This document shows positions 37,667 to 52,482 of a stretch of 64,000 nucleotides of DNA, piece by piece. Numbering within the stretch: position 1 is the first letter of the stretch; every line of letters begins with the position of its first letter. Under the pieces are notes generated by a model. That model was not told the origin of the DNA, ran no database searches, and saw only the letters and a program-made list of their open reading frames with translations. The stretch comes from Octopus sinensis (Eukaryota): the NCBI RefSeq assembly GCF_006345805.1, contig NC_043004.1, positions 74,834,001 to 74,898,000 on the forward strand, read 5' to 3'. A program made the translations under genes and the position numbers.

Positions 37667-39998
37667 GAGTGTTTGTATATGTATGTGTGTATATGTATAT
37701 TCTGTCTTCCATTCAATTTCTCTGAACTAAACTCATTCACAAAGCATTGGTCATCCCAGAGCTCTAGTAGGTGACACTTATTCAAGATACCACACAGTGG
37801 GATGGAACCCAAAACCACACAGTTGAAAAACAAGCTTTTTTACCACCCAGCAACACATGCACCTATGTCATCATCATCATCATCATCATTTAACGTCGGC
37901 TTTCCATGCTGGCATGGGTTAGACAGTCTGACTGGGGACTGTCAAGCCAGAATTCTGCACCAGGCTTCAGTCTGATCTGGGAAAGTTTCTACAGCTGGAT
38001 GCCCTCTCTAAACCAACCACTCTGTAAGTGTAGTGGGTACTTCTTATGTGCCACCGGCACAAGGGCCAGTCATGCAGCACTGGCAACACCCACACTTGAA
38101 TGGTGCTTTTTATGCGCCACCAGCACAGGACCAGTCAACTAAATCAATCCAATTGAGCTCAGATGAAACTTGTTTCTCTAATACATCCGCAACTTGTTAT
38201 TAACACTTTTATTTTACTGTTGAGATTTTTTTTGTTGTTGTTTTATCATTCAATATCCTTGCCTCGCTGCTTCTGTTTGTATTGTTTTCCATAATAAATT
38301 CTCATTCGTTGATAATCATTAAATCTGTTGTTCTACATCTAAAACAATGTGGGTTTAAATTTGAACGATTTCTCCGTGTTTTCACGGACACTGATGAGAA
38401 ATGAAGCGAGACAGCTAAATAAATATAGTAAAGACATATTTGTCTGACAAGATAGAAACAGCTTGTACAATTATTGATGAGATTGATCAATCAGCATTTA
38501 GTGCATATGCAAACATAACAATTGGTTGAGTTCAGTGTTTCATTTTCCCTTATCACAATCGATTATTATCAATCAATTATTATCAATCAATCATTATCAA
38601 TCGAATATTTTCCCTACTGACTTCAGGAAATTGTCTTTCAGGGCCATTATTTTGTCTCCTTTTAATTATTTTATCTTGTTTCAGTCATTTGACTGTGGCC
38701 ATTCTGAAGTACCACCTTAAATGGTGTTAGTCAAACAAATCAATCCCAGGACTTATTCTTTATAAGCCTAGTACTTATTCTAATGGTCTCTTTGCTGAAC
38801 TGCTAAGTTATGAGGACATAAGCACACCAGTAACAGTGTGTCAAGCAATGTCAAGCAATGGCAGTGGGACAATCACAGACACACATGCACACAAATAGGT
38901 ACATATAAATAAATATGACAGGCTTCTTCCTGTTTCCATCTACCAAATCCACTCACCAGGCTTTGGTCAGCTCGAGGCTGTAGTAGAAGACACTTGCCTA
39001 AGGTGCCACACAGTGGGATTGAACCCGGAACTATGTGGTTAGGAATCAAGCTTCCTACCACACAGCCACACCTGCGCCTATGTCAATCTTTCTGAATCCA
39101 GCACATCTGATATTGTCCTTGGTTCTATGATGCAAATTTCCTTATTCTAAAATGGTCTTAATTAAAACATCTCATCAAAATCTTATGTTCCAAAGCCAGG
39201 CTTAATAATCCTTTCTACTGTAGGCACAAGGCCTGGAATTTTGGTGGGTGGTGGGGTTAGTCAATTACTTCCACCCCAGTATTTCACTGGTACTTATTTC
39301 ATCAACACTGAAAGGATGAAAGGCAATGTTGACCTTGGTGGAATTTGAACTCAGAATGTAAAGATGGATAAAATGCCACTAAGCATTTTGCTTGGTGTGC
39401 TAACCATTCTGCCTGCTTGCAGCCTTTACCCAAACTTAATAATAACAAAGTTTTTACAGTAAATTCTTCATATTTGCAGGCGTGGCTTGTGGTTAAGAAG
39501 TTCACTTTGCAACCACATGGTTTGAGGTTCAATCCTAAGGAACAGCACCTTGGGTAAGTGTCATCTAGTCTTGACTCTGTTACTGGAGTTGCTTTCTTTC
39601 TGTTTGTGTGCATGTGTATGTGCATCAGTATGCATGTGTATACACATATGTATGTAGGCATGTATGTATGCATGTGTGTGCATGCATATATGCATGTGTA
39701 TGCATGCGTGTATATTTGTATGTATGTATTCTGCATATTCAGTTGTTTCTGTATGCATGTTTGTGTGTGTGTGTGTATTTGCATGTGTATGTCAGTCTCC
39801 TTTCGTGTGTGTGTCTATGTGCATGAGTTTGTGTGACTTCATATTTTTTAAGTGAATTATTTACAAATCTAAATAACACCTTTAACTGAATGGTCATTGT
39901 CCAATAAATGTTGACATATTGAAACAAGAAGACATTGACTGCGGCCATGCAGGAGCACTGCCTATAATCGAACAAATCAACCCAGGACTTATTTTTTG

Positions 39999-40480
39999 TC
40001 ATCATCATTGTTTGACCGTGGTCGAGACATGGAATTTACTATGTTACGCCAGACTTCATGGTCCATCATAGCATTACAGAGTCCTGTTGCTGGATGCCTG
40101 TATCCCTGGAAATTACATCAGGGTAGGAGAGTGTGCGCCCTCTGGTATTGCGAGCAGATGGCTTCCAGAGGAGAAGAGTAGAAATTACCTCGTTTTCAGC
40201 TCTACAACAATGTCCAGAAAACTGGACTCTTCTACCTTTCACAAGAGATGATACAGGTGGTAGTTTCCCATATATTTGTACTTTGGTTGGATGATGCTTC
40301 CATGAGAGATTTTGAGCTCTCATAAGAAGGTGATTATAAGTTCCATCCAACCGCCTCTCAAGCTTCTTTGATAACGTCCAGATTTCTGAGCCATATAGTA
40401 GAACTGGTTCGACTGTGGCTTTGAAGATTTTAAGTTTGAAATCTCTACTTAGATTTGATGACCAGATCTTATGCATATCA
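39999..40480 (-). mobile_element. 5'-truncated RTE LINE inserted inside a SINE A (39930-40770)
   Basis: KIFKATVEPVLLYGSEIWTL...RRVQFSGHCCR with a (GAT)n tail. The SINE sequence gacttattttttgt resumes as ttgtaagtttagtacttattc after it. Confidence 0.9.
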
Positions 40481-41950
40481 TTTGTAAGTTTAGTACTTAT
40501 TCTATCGGTCTCTTTTCCTGAACCGCTAAGTTACAGGGACATAAACACACCATCACCAATTGTCAAGTGATGGTAAGGAGATAAATACAGACACACACAC
40601 ACATATATATACAGTGGGCTTCTCTCAGTTTCTGTCTGCCAAATCCACTCACAAGGCTTTGGTCTGCCCAAGGCTATAGTAGAAGACACTTGCCCTAGGT
40701 GCCATGCAGTGGGACTGATCCCAGAGCCATGTGGTTCATAAACAAGCTACTTACCACACAGCCACTCCTGCACCTATCCACACAACCACTCCTGCACCTA
40801 TTTTTTATTATATTTTTTTATTATTACATCTTTTTTATTATGTCTTTTATTATATTTTATTATAATTTTTTTAATTATATCTTTTTAACATATGGTTAGT
40901 TTACAGATTTGATTGTTTAGGAAATTAAATAAATATTCAAGTGAAATATATTTGTCTATCAAACATGGATAAGTTGAGAGAAGAAAATTGCATATTTATT
41001 GCTGTCTATAACTATTTATAACTTTTTATGTTATAAATAGACATCATTTAATTTGTTACTTAATTACTATCATACCAAACAAACTTAATTATCAGGCAGT
41101 GATTTGTCTCTGCAATGATTGGAATCCCTCCAGTTTAGAATTCAATGTGAATGATTGAATTATAATCTGTTATGTTACTGACCACACCCAAAAACACAGA
41201 AATGCATCTAACATTCTCACCAGCTGCTGCTAGGCTGATATTTGTCTGTCTCTGACATGTGTGTTGCGTATGTGTGTGTGTGTGTGTGCGTGTGTGCGTG
41301 CGTGCGCGCGCGCGCTGTGTTTTTGACCCGGTACATCCAATACAGATATTGTCTCTGGATGAATATCACACTAAAATTGCTTTCAGTGTTGTAAAAATGG
41401 TTTTTAACCTAAAATTATGAATGAAGATTTCAGTTTGAACATGAATTCTTTGAAATGAATTATTTCATATCATAGAAACATGTCAGTCTCAGATAGGTTG
41501 CTACCAAAAGGGTCAATGTGACAATGGGGAAGTCTTAATGAGATTGTTACTCAAAGTTTCATGTTGTTAGTAACAGCAGTCAAATCACCATCAAAATCAC
41601 TCCCAACCACCTTAAATGAAGAAAGGACACACATTTTAGGGGTATCTAGAATTAGGGTCATCGTTTGTGTTTCTGATGTGAGAGGAACAGTCATGGATTA
41701 GATGTTATCTAAATGAAAAGTGAACACAATAATGTTGTCTAAGTCTGAAATAGCTTTTATTCAACCTCAAATTCATGTGACTTCATTTCGTTTGTTAAAC
41801 AACCCTTGATTTAAACACTAAATAATTTATTAATAGATATTGCAATACACATGACTGAAGCTGTTGTTTTATGTGCCAAATAGAAAAATAGGTATGTGAA
41901 TGAGTATATGAATGTAGTGTATGTATGTGTGTATGTATGTATGAATGTAT

Positions 41951-42011
<61 letters not shown>

Positions 42012-42016
<5 letters not shown>

Positions 42017-42063
42017 TAATACCTCAGTTTTCGAACAACTCTGATCGTGAATAAATCACGCTT

Positions 42064-42113
<50 letters not shown>

Positions 42114-42264
42114 TATAGATATATATATAAAGTATAATTTATTTGTGATCAGAGGCATTCGTAAACCGAGGTACTACTGCATTAAATGAATAGGAGAAAG
42201 ACAGGAGATAAAAGTATGGTTTATTCGTGATCAGAATTGTTCAAAAAACCAAGGTTCTGCTGTA
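42012..42264. mobile_element. Tigger-like foldback MITE with (TA)n(GA)n core and a second right arm
   Basis: tacagtaatacctcagttttcgaacaactctgatcgtgaataaa pairs with both 42130-42181 and 42212-42264. Confidence 0.65.
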
Positions 42265-42498
42265 TATCATTGCTATTATGTTAAATTGTTGTATGCCCAA
42301 ATTTGGCCAAATGCGTTTTTTTTATCAATATTTATTTTGATTGCAATAACCAGTTCTTTTGGTCAAACTATCGTATCTCCAGCTGCTTCAGATGCCAAGA
42401 TAACAAAAATTGTCAAAGTGTTGTACAACAGTTTTGCTATGGAATGGCGAAACTATTTTTACGTTTTCTGAAAAAGCTATGACACTTTTGCATAACAG

Positions 42499-42566
<68 letters not shown>

Positions 42567-42582
42567 TGTCTATCTATTTATC

Positions 42583-43098
42583 TACCATAAATCTTCGAGT
42601 ATAATCCGCATTTTTTTCCCAAAATTTAAAGGTCAAAATCCCTAGTGCATACTATATACGAGGTTAAAAATGAAAATTATTTTCTAATCAATGTCCGAGT
42701 CTCTATTTGCTGTCCGGCAATGTTTATTCAAACGCATTTTGTGATGTCGGGCACGAAAATACCTTAAGCTAAGTCTGAAAGCAATGAAGTCATAAAAGAA
42801 TCATCCATAACTTGCAGTAAGCAACATTTATTAAACGTTATTACTGTTATTTCTTTATTTTCTGCAAACAAAATGCGCAAAAAAGCTACATGTTTGCATT
42901 ATGTTATATATACAATAATAATAAAGGATGTTACCATATACAGTTTTACAAACCAAGGACGTTATATAGACCTCCTTGACTCAAGTTAGAGAAGGGGTGT
43001 ATATTATACACAAGGTTTAGGTTTTTCAGAGGTACAGTCCCCTAAAAATCCCCTGCATATTATACTCAAGGGCGGACTATACTCAAGGATTTACGATA
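42583..43098. mobile_element. Inverted sister copy of the 13419-13954 element, CpG-decayed
   Basis: taccataaatcttcgagtat ... atactcaaggatttacgata; internal sequence matches the reverse complement of 13419-13954. Confidence 0.88.
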
Positions 43099-44241
43099 TA
43101 TGTATGTGGTATGTATGTATGTATTTAAGTTCACACCCACACTATACACACATTGTGACACATGCATATATAATTGTGTATGTATGTGTAAGTGTATGTG
43201 TGTGTGTGCATGTGTGTGTGCATGTATGTGTGTTTTATATGGGAAGATACATTATAGAAGTATTCAATAATTGCTCTTTAGAATGTCTGTTGAATTTGTG
43301 AGGGTCTCATACATGCACACATACACACACCTATGCAACGAACATATACACAACAAAATCTGGCCAGTTGTGATTTAACTTGGTGACTGTTTTAATTCTG
43401 AAGTTCCACCAATATCCTTTGACCCGTCAGCCTCAATGTGGTCAACTTTAGGTGTCAGTGTTTTCCCTTTTGTTATCCCATTCCAGACTGTTCTGTCTGT
43501 CTGCCTGTCTGCATGTATGCCATTGTTCAGTTTTATTTCAAGATTTCTTGCCAATATAGAAAGAACCAGTTTCTAACCCAGATTTCACCTGCCTCAACAG
43601 GTCTTCGCAAGCAGAGTTTAGTGTCCAATGAAGGAAAAGTATGCATAAGTGGGCTGGTTACACCCCTGGAATAGGCCATGAGGTTATGGTCTCATTTGGC
43701 TTGCCGAGTCTTCTGAAGCACAGTATATTTCCAAAAGTCTTGGTCACTAGTCATTGCCTCGGTGAGGCTTAGTGTGTATGTGTGTGTGTATGTATGTATG
43801 TATGTATGCATGTATGTATGTATGCATGTATGTGTGTATGTATATATGTATGTGTGTATGTATGTGTGTATATATGTATGTATGTTTTGCTTTACGTCTA
43901 TATTCTCCTGCATATAGTTGCATATCTAGACATTCTCATATGTATTTAAATGATAAACTTCTAGAAAGTTTTACAGATTTTTACAGTTCCAGTGATGGAT
44001 TGGATCTGTAGTCTTCAAATTAGCTTTCCGCTTTCTGGTTTTGAGAAGCCTAATTTCTCAAAATTGGTATTTAGGCAGTGTGTACATATCTCAGGGCCCC
44101 AATAATTGCAGGTATAAACCTGAATTTGTAATCTGGATAGAGAAACTCCAGATTCCTCAATAGTTCAGCATAGGTATTCTCTTTTTCACTGGGCAACTAT
44201 TTTCTACAGCTGTATTTAGTTTCTCTTCTTTATCCCAAATC

Positions 44242-44525
44242 ATGTATGTATGTATGTATCTGTGTATGTGTGTATGTATGTATGTATCTGTGTATGTGTG
44301 TATGTATGTATGTGTGTATGTATGTATGTATGTACATATGTATGTATGTATGTATGTATGTATCTGTGTATGTATGTATGTATGTATGTGTGTATGTATG
44401 TATGTAGGTATGTAATTATGTATGTATCTATGTATGTATCTGTGTATGTATGTATGTGTGTATGTATGTATGTATGTGTGCATGTATGTATGTATGTATG
44501 TATGTATGTATGTATGTATGTATGT

Positions 44526-44565
<40 letters not shown>

Positions 44566-44596
44566 ATGTATGTATGTATGTATGTATGTATGGTGC

Positions 44597-44635
<39 letters not shown>

Positions 44636-44670
44636 TATGTATGTATGTATGTACGTACGTACGTACGTAC

Positions 44671-44702
<32 letters not shown>

Positions 44703-44734
44703 ATGTATGTATGTATGTATGTATGTACGTATGT

Positions 44735-44774
<40 letters not shown>

Positions 44775-44825
44775 ATGTATGTATGTATGTATGTATGTAT
44801 GTATGTATGTATGTATGTATGCATG

Positions 44826-44856
<31 letters not shown>

Positions 44857-44861
44857 GTATG

Positions 44862-44892
<31 letters not shown>

Positions 44893-44897
44893 GTATG

Positions 44898-44928
<31 letters not shown>

Positions 44929-45057
44929 GTATGTATGTATCTATGTATGTATGTATGTATGTATGTATGTATGTATGTATGTATGCATGTATGTATGTAT
45001 GTATGTATGTATGTACGTATGTATGTATGTATGTATGTATGTATGCATGTATGTATG

Positions 45058-45088
<31 letters not shown>

Positions 45089-45205
45089 GTATGTATGTAT
45101 GTGTGTATGTATGTATGTATGTATGCATGTGCATGTGTTTGTTTGTATGTATGTATGTATGCATACATGCATGTATGTATGTATATGTGCATGTAAATGT
45201 GTGCA
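44242..45205. repeat. ~960-bp (TATG)n-dominated microsatellite
   Basis: Directly visible; gives the spurious 320-335 aa ORFs. Confidence 0.98.
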
Positions 45206-45850
45206 GCTTTGACTGCTGTTTCTAGTAGGATATACAACCATATAAAGACTACTGCTTTGGCTCCTGTCCTCATTAGTTTTTACTGCTTGTTACAAAACAG
45301 TTTGTATTAGAATTCCAAAAACAAAGGTGATGGTTCTATGCTGGTATTGGTGACATGATGGTGCTTGTGTCACATCAGTGCTGGTGCCACATCAGTACTG
45401 GTGCCACATCAGTGCTGGTTCCATGTTAGTGCTGGTGTCATGTCAGTGTTGGTGCCACATCAATGCTGGTGCCACGTATAAAGTACTCAGTCCAGTTTGT
45501 AAAGTGAAGGGCATTTAGCCGTAAAAACCATGCCAAAACAGACAGTCAAGCTTGGTCCACTTGAAATACAGACAACCTCCACACAGTTACTGAGTACCAG
45601 GTATTACTCAGATGAATTTGGCCAGAAAAAATCATCTGCTTCAGGTGTCACACAATGGTATCAATCCTAGAATTCCATATTTGCAAAATGAACTTCCTAA
45701 CCACAAAGCTATGGTTGTGCCTACAACTTTCTATGTGTTTAATGTGTGTTATCTTACATCTGTTGTAAAATTAGCTTATCTTAAAACAATTTATCATTTC
45801 ATTCTTCCTTAATAGCACCTGTTACGATTAGTTACTGTCAAAGTTCCAGC

Positions 45851-46058
45851 ATGCTGCTGTCAATTCTGTCAGTGCTAACAGCTGTTTCAACTTGCATCAT
45901 ACCAGCATCTGGGCAGCAAACATGTCAGACTGAAATTCTACAGAACAGTACAGTTGATATTGACAAATATTTAAACAACGAATTTCACATTCTTGCTACA
46001 TTCGCCACACCGCCCCCAGATGCTCTTTCAAATTGCATACTTCGATGTTGTAATCAAA
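45851..46058 (+). CDS. MANSC/MANEC-domain, mucin-stalk protein, coding exon 1 (signal peptide + first half of the domain)
   Basis: Acceptor ttccttaatag before 45816; ATG at 45851. MLLSILSVLTAVSTCIIPASG is signal-like, followed by QQTC...NCILRCCNQ. Donor A|GTAAGT at 46059, phase 1. Confidence 0.88.
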
Positions 46059-46262
46059 GTAAGTAGATATTTTACTAATGCGCATGTTTTATTCTCTTGG
46101 TTTCTTTTCTTTTTTGGTGTTTTTTTGGGGGGATGGGGGCATTCTACATTTTGTCTACTACATAAGTATGATATGCAAAGAAGATCATTAGAATATTCAC
46201 GTATGCACTCAATACATATGCATGTATATTGTGTATATGTGTGCATATATACATACATCTTA

Positions 46263-46315
<53 letters not shown>

Positions 46316-46419
46316 TGTGTGAAAAGCATCGGAGTCTATTCATTCAAGTAAAAATTCTTCAAGGCACTCTCCCAGTGTGACTGCAATCTAATGACGGAAA
46401 CAAGTAAAAAGTATATATA

Positions 46420-47560
46420 CGGGTGGCTTGTTAGAGCTATACAAGCCATGCACAGTGATGCTGTCTGTAAGGTGAGAGTCGGCTATGAAAGCAGTGATGA
46501 ATTTAGCATACAGGTAGGGGTTCACCAGGGCTCAGTTCTCAGCCCACTCTTATTCCTCCAGGCCATAACAGATGAATTTGAAACTGGGTACCTGTGGGAA
46601 CTACTATATTCTGATGACCTTGCTCTTATTACAGAATCTTTAGCAGAATTGGATAAGAAATTCCAGGTATGGAAACAAAACCTGGAATTAAAGGGCCTTA
46701 AAGTCATCCTAGTAAATACCAAAGTTGTTGTGTTGTTGTCAGTAAGAAAGAAGATAAAACTCTCTTTCCATCTGGTAAATGGACCTGTTCTGTATGTAGG
46801 AAAGGAGTTGGAAGAAATTTAATTCGCTACACCCAGAGTAATCTATGGACATATAAGAGGTGCAGTGAAATCACAGGTAGATAAAGTTGTTTTTGTATGT
46901 GGCAGATGTGCAGGAACAATAAGCATTAAGAGCACACAGGAATTAGATTTTCTCAAATACCCAGAAGGCTCTCTTGAGGTTGTGGATAGTTTCTGTTACC
47001 TCGGTAACCAAATTAGCAATGGTGGAGGATGCTCTGAAAGTGTTACTTCTAGAATAAGAATAGGGTGGAGGAAGTTCAGAGAGCTATTACCTCTGCTGGC
47101 AACAAAAGGGTTCTCTTGCAGAGTGAAAGGGAGACTGTATGATGCTTGTAGGCAAACAGCTTTACTCTATAGTAGTGAGACATGAGCGCTGAATGCTGAA
47201 GACATGCATAGACTGGAGAGAAATGAAGGCAGTTTGCTCTGTTGGATGTGCAACATCAGTGCATATAGACAACAAAGTGCAAATGTATTGAGAGAAAAGT
47301 TGGGCATAAGAGGAATTAAATGAATCATGCAAGAGAGAGGACTACATAAGTTTGGACATGTGATGCATATGAATGAGGACAGCTGCGTAAAAAGTGCCTA
47401 TCACTGAATGTGGGTGGTACCCATAGAAGAGGGAGACCCAGGGAGTCGTGGGATGAAGTAGTGAGGACCACTCTCAGGATGTTGGGCCTCATGTAGGAAA
47501 TGACAATGGACTGGTGATACGAGGTTCTTGAGAAGACCCACCCATGTCATCAAAACTGAG
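46420..47560 (+). mobile_element. RTE-clade LINE reverse-transcriptase pseudogene (intronic)
   Basis: VGVHQGSVLSPLLF, WELLYSDDL, VDSFCYLG and RVKGRLYDAC, with stops and frameshifts. Confidence 0.93.
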
Positions 47561-48685
47561 TTCTAGAAGTGCTGTGTGTCCCACCCACACTTAACAAAAA
47601 AACTTCTCACACACCCTACCACAACAAACTAAACTATATCTCTAAATCTCTTCCCTTCCTCATATTTCCACTTCATGTACTATGCTTACCTCCCACTCCC
47701 CAATCCTGTCCTCTTGGTCTTGTCTCACTGTATCATTGCTATCCACAAGCCCCCCCCTCCGACCTGTATGTTCTACCCATATGTAACAAGAACAATTTTC
47801 ACACACCCTACCCAAACAAACCAATCTACATCTACATTTCCTCCTTAATGCACTATCCCTACCTCCCACTTTCCAATTCTGTCATCATGTACCTGTTTCT
47901 CTGTATCATTGCTATCCTGTAGCCCTTCCACTCTATACATACCCAGGTTTTCACCACTCACTTCCTCCACTCACCTCTGCACTTTCTAATCATGCTTCTT
48001 TCACAGTATCCCGCCACTTAGTTTATGACGTTTGAACCTCAAGTGTATGCCCTGGCCCTTGCCACCTTCTATATATCTCTCTCTCTTCTTTTACTCAACC
48101 ATCCCATTTATATTCTGATCCCCATCCTTTGTGAGTATGCTTGGCACTTTGCCACCATCTCTATCCTGCTGCCTCCCTCTCTCTCTCCTTCTCCTGCTCT
48201 CCCATCATGTTAGATGACCAGGTATTTCCTTTGCTGCAGCACACCTATTCTGTCTTCATTCCTGATCTCTCTCTACAGCAAGACACCTGTGTCTGTCTCT
48301 CTCTTTCACTATAACCTTTCATCATCTTACACAAGACCACCTCCTCCAATGGCCCCTCCCCTCTCAAAACATTTTTTTTGTTTTGCAAGGTACTTGGTGA
48401 CCCTGTCAGTGCAGGTGTAACTTAAAAAGCATCCAGTCCACACTGTAAAGTGGTTGGCATCTAGAAGGGTATCAAGGTGTAAAAACCTTGCCAAAGCTGA
48501 CCTCACCTGTGCTTGTACCATGTAAAATGCACTCAGTCCGCTCTGCTGAGTGGTTGGTCTAAGGAAGGGCATTCTGCTGTAAAATCCTGCTGAAACAGTC
48601 GTAGAAGTCTGGTGCAGCTTTTTGCTTTTCTATGCATGCCAGCATAGAAAGCGGACGTTAAGCAATGACGATGATTATGATGATG

Positions 48686-48725
<40 letters not shown>

Positions 48726-49439
48726 CGTGTGTGTACACAGATATATATATACACATAAATATATATATTCATTATTCATAATTTAAAGGACCATGGTTTA
48801 CACATTTGTGTATAATGGAATAAAATTTGAAATAAAAAAATTCTGATAGAATTTTCATGTGATAAATAGATATAATGTTAAACTTTTCACAAATGTTCTC
48901 AAAGTATCTCAAAGAAAAACATGGTAATCACTTATTTCCAATAATAATAATTAAATAGAGATGATAGAGAAGGAGGTAAAAGAGAGAGAGAATGTGTGTG
49001 TGTGCTTTCGTCCATGCATCCATGCGTTTTTTGCAAGGAAAGAAACTGAGGCTAAGATAATGAGAGGAAAAGTTATTCAGATAGAGAAAGGGAAACACTT
49101 ATTGAAATAGAGGAGATAAAAAAGATGGGAAGAGTGGGAGAAGGAAGTAAGAGGTTAAAAACTGCTATCTTGCAGTGAATGCAAAACAGTTTTCTGATTG
49201 AATCACATAGATGAAACCTTCTATAATAAAGAAACTTGAAAACCACATTTTGAAAAAAATATATTATAATTGAAATTTTTAAGAATTTCAAAACAGTGTA
49301 CAATTTAATAATTTTTTAATAGAAAAATTATCATTTCTAAATGATAATATTTATTATAGCATATATGTGTCATTAAATACAGAATTTGTTAAACAATTCT
49401 TACTGTTCAGTAACCAAATTTTTTGTTCTATATTTTTAG

Positions 49440-49676
49440 GTAACTGCTCATTGGCAATTCATAATGCCACTGATAACCATACGTGCACTCTGATTCATTG
49501 TGTATCTGAAGATGCCTGTAAACCAATTCCATCTGATGGGAGTGAAATAGTAAAAACTATTAGAAATAACATCACAACCACAGAAAGTTTATCTGAAAAC
49601 CAAAGTCAGACCACTGAATCAACTTCGGATACTTCCACAACTGCATCTGGAATCGGTTTGTCAACAAGTAGCAGAG
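49440..49676 (+). CDS. MANSC protein coding exon 2
   Basis: Acceptor tatttttag. 237 nt, phase 1-1: (S)NCSLAIHNATDNHTCTLIHCVSEDACKPIPSDG...STSSR. Donor AG|GTATTT. Completes the 8-Cys pattern. Confidence 0.88.
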
Positions 49677-50788
49677 GTATTTATTCATTCATTTATACTT
49701 ATATAAGGTACAGGCATGGCTAATTGACCAACTATGTGGTTTCATGTTCAGTCCCACTGCCTGGTATCTTGGACAACTCTCTTCTACTGCATCCCTAGAC
49801 TGACCAGAGCTTTGTGAGAAGATTTGGCAAAGAGAAAAAGGAAAGATGCCTGTCAAATGTATATATATAAAATACAAAGTGCACAGTTATATCTTGAGAT
49901 AGCTAGTAATAACAATACTCAAAATATAATACAGACTGGAGATGTAGTGCTCCAAATGAGCTATAATCTACTTCTTAATTTGAGCGGAGGCAATGCGAGT
50001 AAGAACTAAAAGAACAGGATCTCACCAACAAATTCAGGAGTACTTTTCTTATCAAAATGATCAGAGTGAGTTTTCTGAGATTCAGTACCTTCATAATCAC
50101 CATTAGACTCAACTAACTCTTTCTAAATCCTCAGCGCAGTGCAGAGGATTCACACCCAAAAACTCTAAAATGTTCATATTGGAGCTTCCGGTGTGAATGA
50201 CACACAGTACAGCATGCCGTTTCCAAATTTCTGGCAGAGTTAATTGCATTATGGTGATATTTTTCTCACAGATGGTGCCCAGCTGATCCTACTATACTGT
50301 GCAGTTGACAAAATCAAGAACAAGCAATGCACATGCACAAAATTAAAAATATAAAATAACGACAATTTACCCATTGCACCCTGAAAATTTGTGTGTGTGT
50401 GTTTATGCACATGTGTGTGCATGTGTGTGTGTCTTCCACACAAATAATGATGGGCAATGGCAAAATATTACCTTGTTTGGTAAGAGATGAGAGTTAGTGA
50501 CAGGAAGAGCATCCAGCTGTACAAAATCCATTTCAGCAATTCTCTCTGACCCATGCAATCAGGGAAAAATAAACATTAAATGGTGACGATGGTGATTGTT
50601 TCTTTGAGATCAAGCGCTTATGTTACATATTACTAGTGTGTGGTTATGAAGTCAATTGAGCAGCCAAGTGGTTTGGGGATCAATCCCACTCCACACCACC
50701 TTTGGCAAGTATTTTCTACTATAGCCCTTGACCGACTGACACTTTGTGAGTGAATCTGATAGATGGAAATTGTGATGAAGGCTGCTGT

Positions 50789-50830
<42 letters not shown>

Positions 50831-50892
50831 TTTATATCATCATCATCCTTGCTTAACTTCTGCCTTCCATTCTGGCATGGGTATATATATAA

Positions 50893-50925
<33 letters not shown>

Positions 50926-52114
50926 TGTATGTATGTATGTATGTATGTATGTATGTATGTATGTACTTGCACCACATAAAAAGCACCCTGTACACTCTGT
51001 GAAATGGTTGACATCAGGAAGTACATCCAGACATACAAACCATGACAAAACAGACAATTGGAGCCCGGTGCCACTCTCTAGATGGCCAGCTCCTGTCAAA
51101 CAATCCGATGCATACGAGCAGAGGGAAAGCAAACATTAAATGACGATATATATATATATATCACTAAAGTGAACAAGGGCACTAATCAGCACCAGTATTG
51201 GTAGAAATGAGAGTCAAAACAACTTAATAACCAACAAAAGTATTATCTTAATGAGCTAACAAGAGAAAGAAGCTCCCTGTAATCATAGATACGACCAGAT
51301 CATCAATTTTTAATACTCATCAGTGGCTCTCACCATGCTTAGAGTCAAACTCATCTCACCTTGTCAGCTTATAGGATTTCTTATTTCTTTACTACCCGTA
51401 AACTTACTGGTTTGGCAAAAGAGACCACTAGAATAAGTACTAGGCTTCCAAAGAATAAGTCCCGGGGTCGATTTGCTCAACTAAAGGTGGTGCTCCAGCA
51501 TGGCCACAGTCAAATGACTGAAACAAGTAAAAGAATAAAAGAGTAAGAGTTTACAATTGTGCTAGGTAAACTCTATTGTGTTGTTATACTTGTCATCAAT
51601 CATTATTCATATATTTGTGGAGTTTTTTGGCCTCCAATACACCTCAAGTCATTCGATACATGATGAAAAACCTTGATATTTGTTCTCCTGCAGCATGTAT
51701 TTTAAGCAACACTAATTAATGTGCCAAGAGGTCTGTTTAGTTTTAAGACATTTGTTTAACTTCACATTTGACTACTATTTCTAGCAGAGCTTCCTTTATT
51801 TGCTTGGTCCGTCAATATTCCTGTCTTAACAAACTGTTATACTGCTGTTTAGTTATACCTTACATCCAGATGTTGCCTTAGATTAAAACACTAGATTTGA
51901 TGTAAAATAAATAAGACATTGCAATCAATAGGAATTAAAACAATGTGTTTATTTTGAACAAAATCCTTAGCAATGTTGATTTAAAAAAAGAAATAATTGC
52001 ATTGATTATTCTATTTGTATTAGGATAACATAGAGGGAAATATGATCATGAGTCAGTTTTGATAATGTAGATCTAAGCAATGGTATAGTAATAGTTTGGA
52101 CTGTGTTGTGTGCT

Positions 52115-52350
52115 AAGGCGGCGAGCTGGCAGAAACGTTAGCATGCCGGGCAAAATGCTTAGCGGGATTTCGTCTGCCACTATGTACTGAGTTCAAATTC
52201 TGCCAAGGTCAACTTTGCCTTTCATCCTTTCGGGTTCGATTAAATAAGTACCAGTTACGCACTGGGGTCGATATAATCGACTTGATCCATTTGTCTGTCC
52301 TTGTTTGTCCCTTCTGTGTTTAGCCCCTTGTGGGTAATGAAGAAATAGAT
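52115..52350 (+). mobile_element. SINE family B, full length
   Basis: aaggcggcgagctggcagaaacgttagc...ccccttgtgggtaatgaagaaatag. More decayed copies at 35325-35497, 37065-37280, 39220-39420 and 53035-53570. Confidence 0.9.
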
Positions 52351-52449
52351 GTTACATACCTTTAACTACAAGGTGTCAGAGTGAGATGAATGGGTGCAGC
52401 TGACTGGACATTCAATCAGTTTGGGCAACTGTACTTTTTAGTACTGCAG

Positions 52450-52482
<33 letters not shown>

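Noticed and set aside
44157-45273. Long ORFs (up to 335 aa) of MYVC/HTYI repeats, also at 3775-4338, 4911-5853 and elsewhere
   Set aside because: They are translations of (TATG)n microsatellites, open in most frames on both strands; not genes.
45345-45480. Regular ~19-bp repeats (cagtgctggtgccacat) resembling a CRISPR array
   Set aside because: There are no unique spacers and the context is eukaryotic; this is the internal tandem region of retroposon family C.
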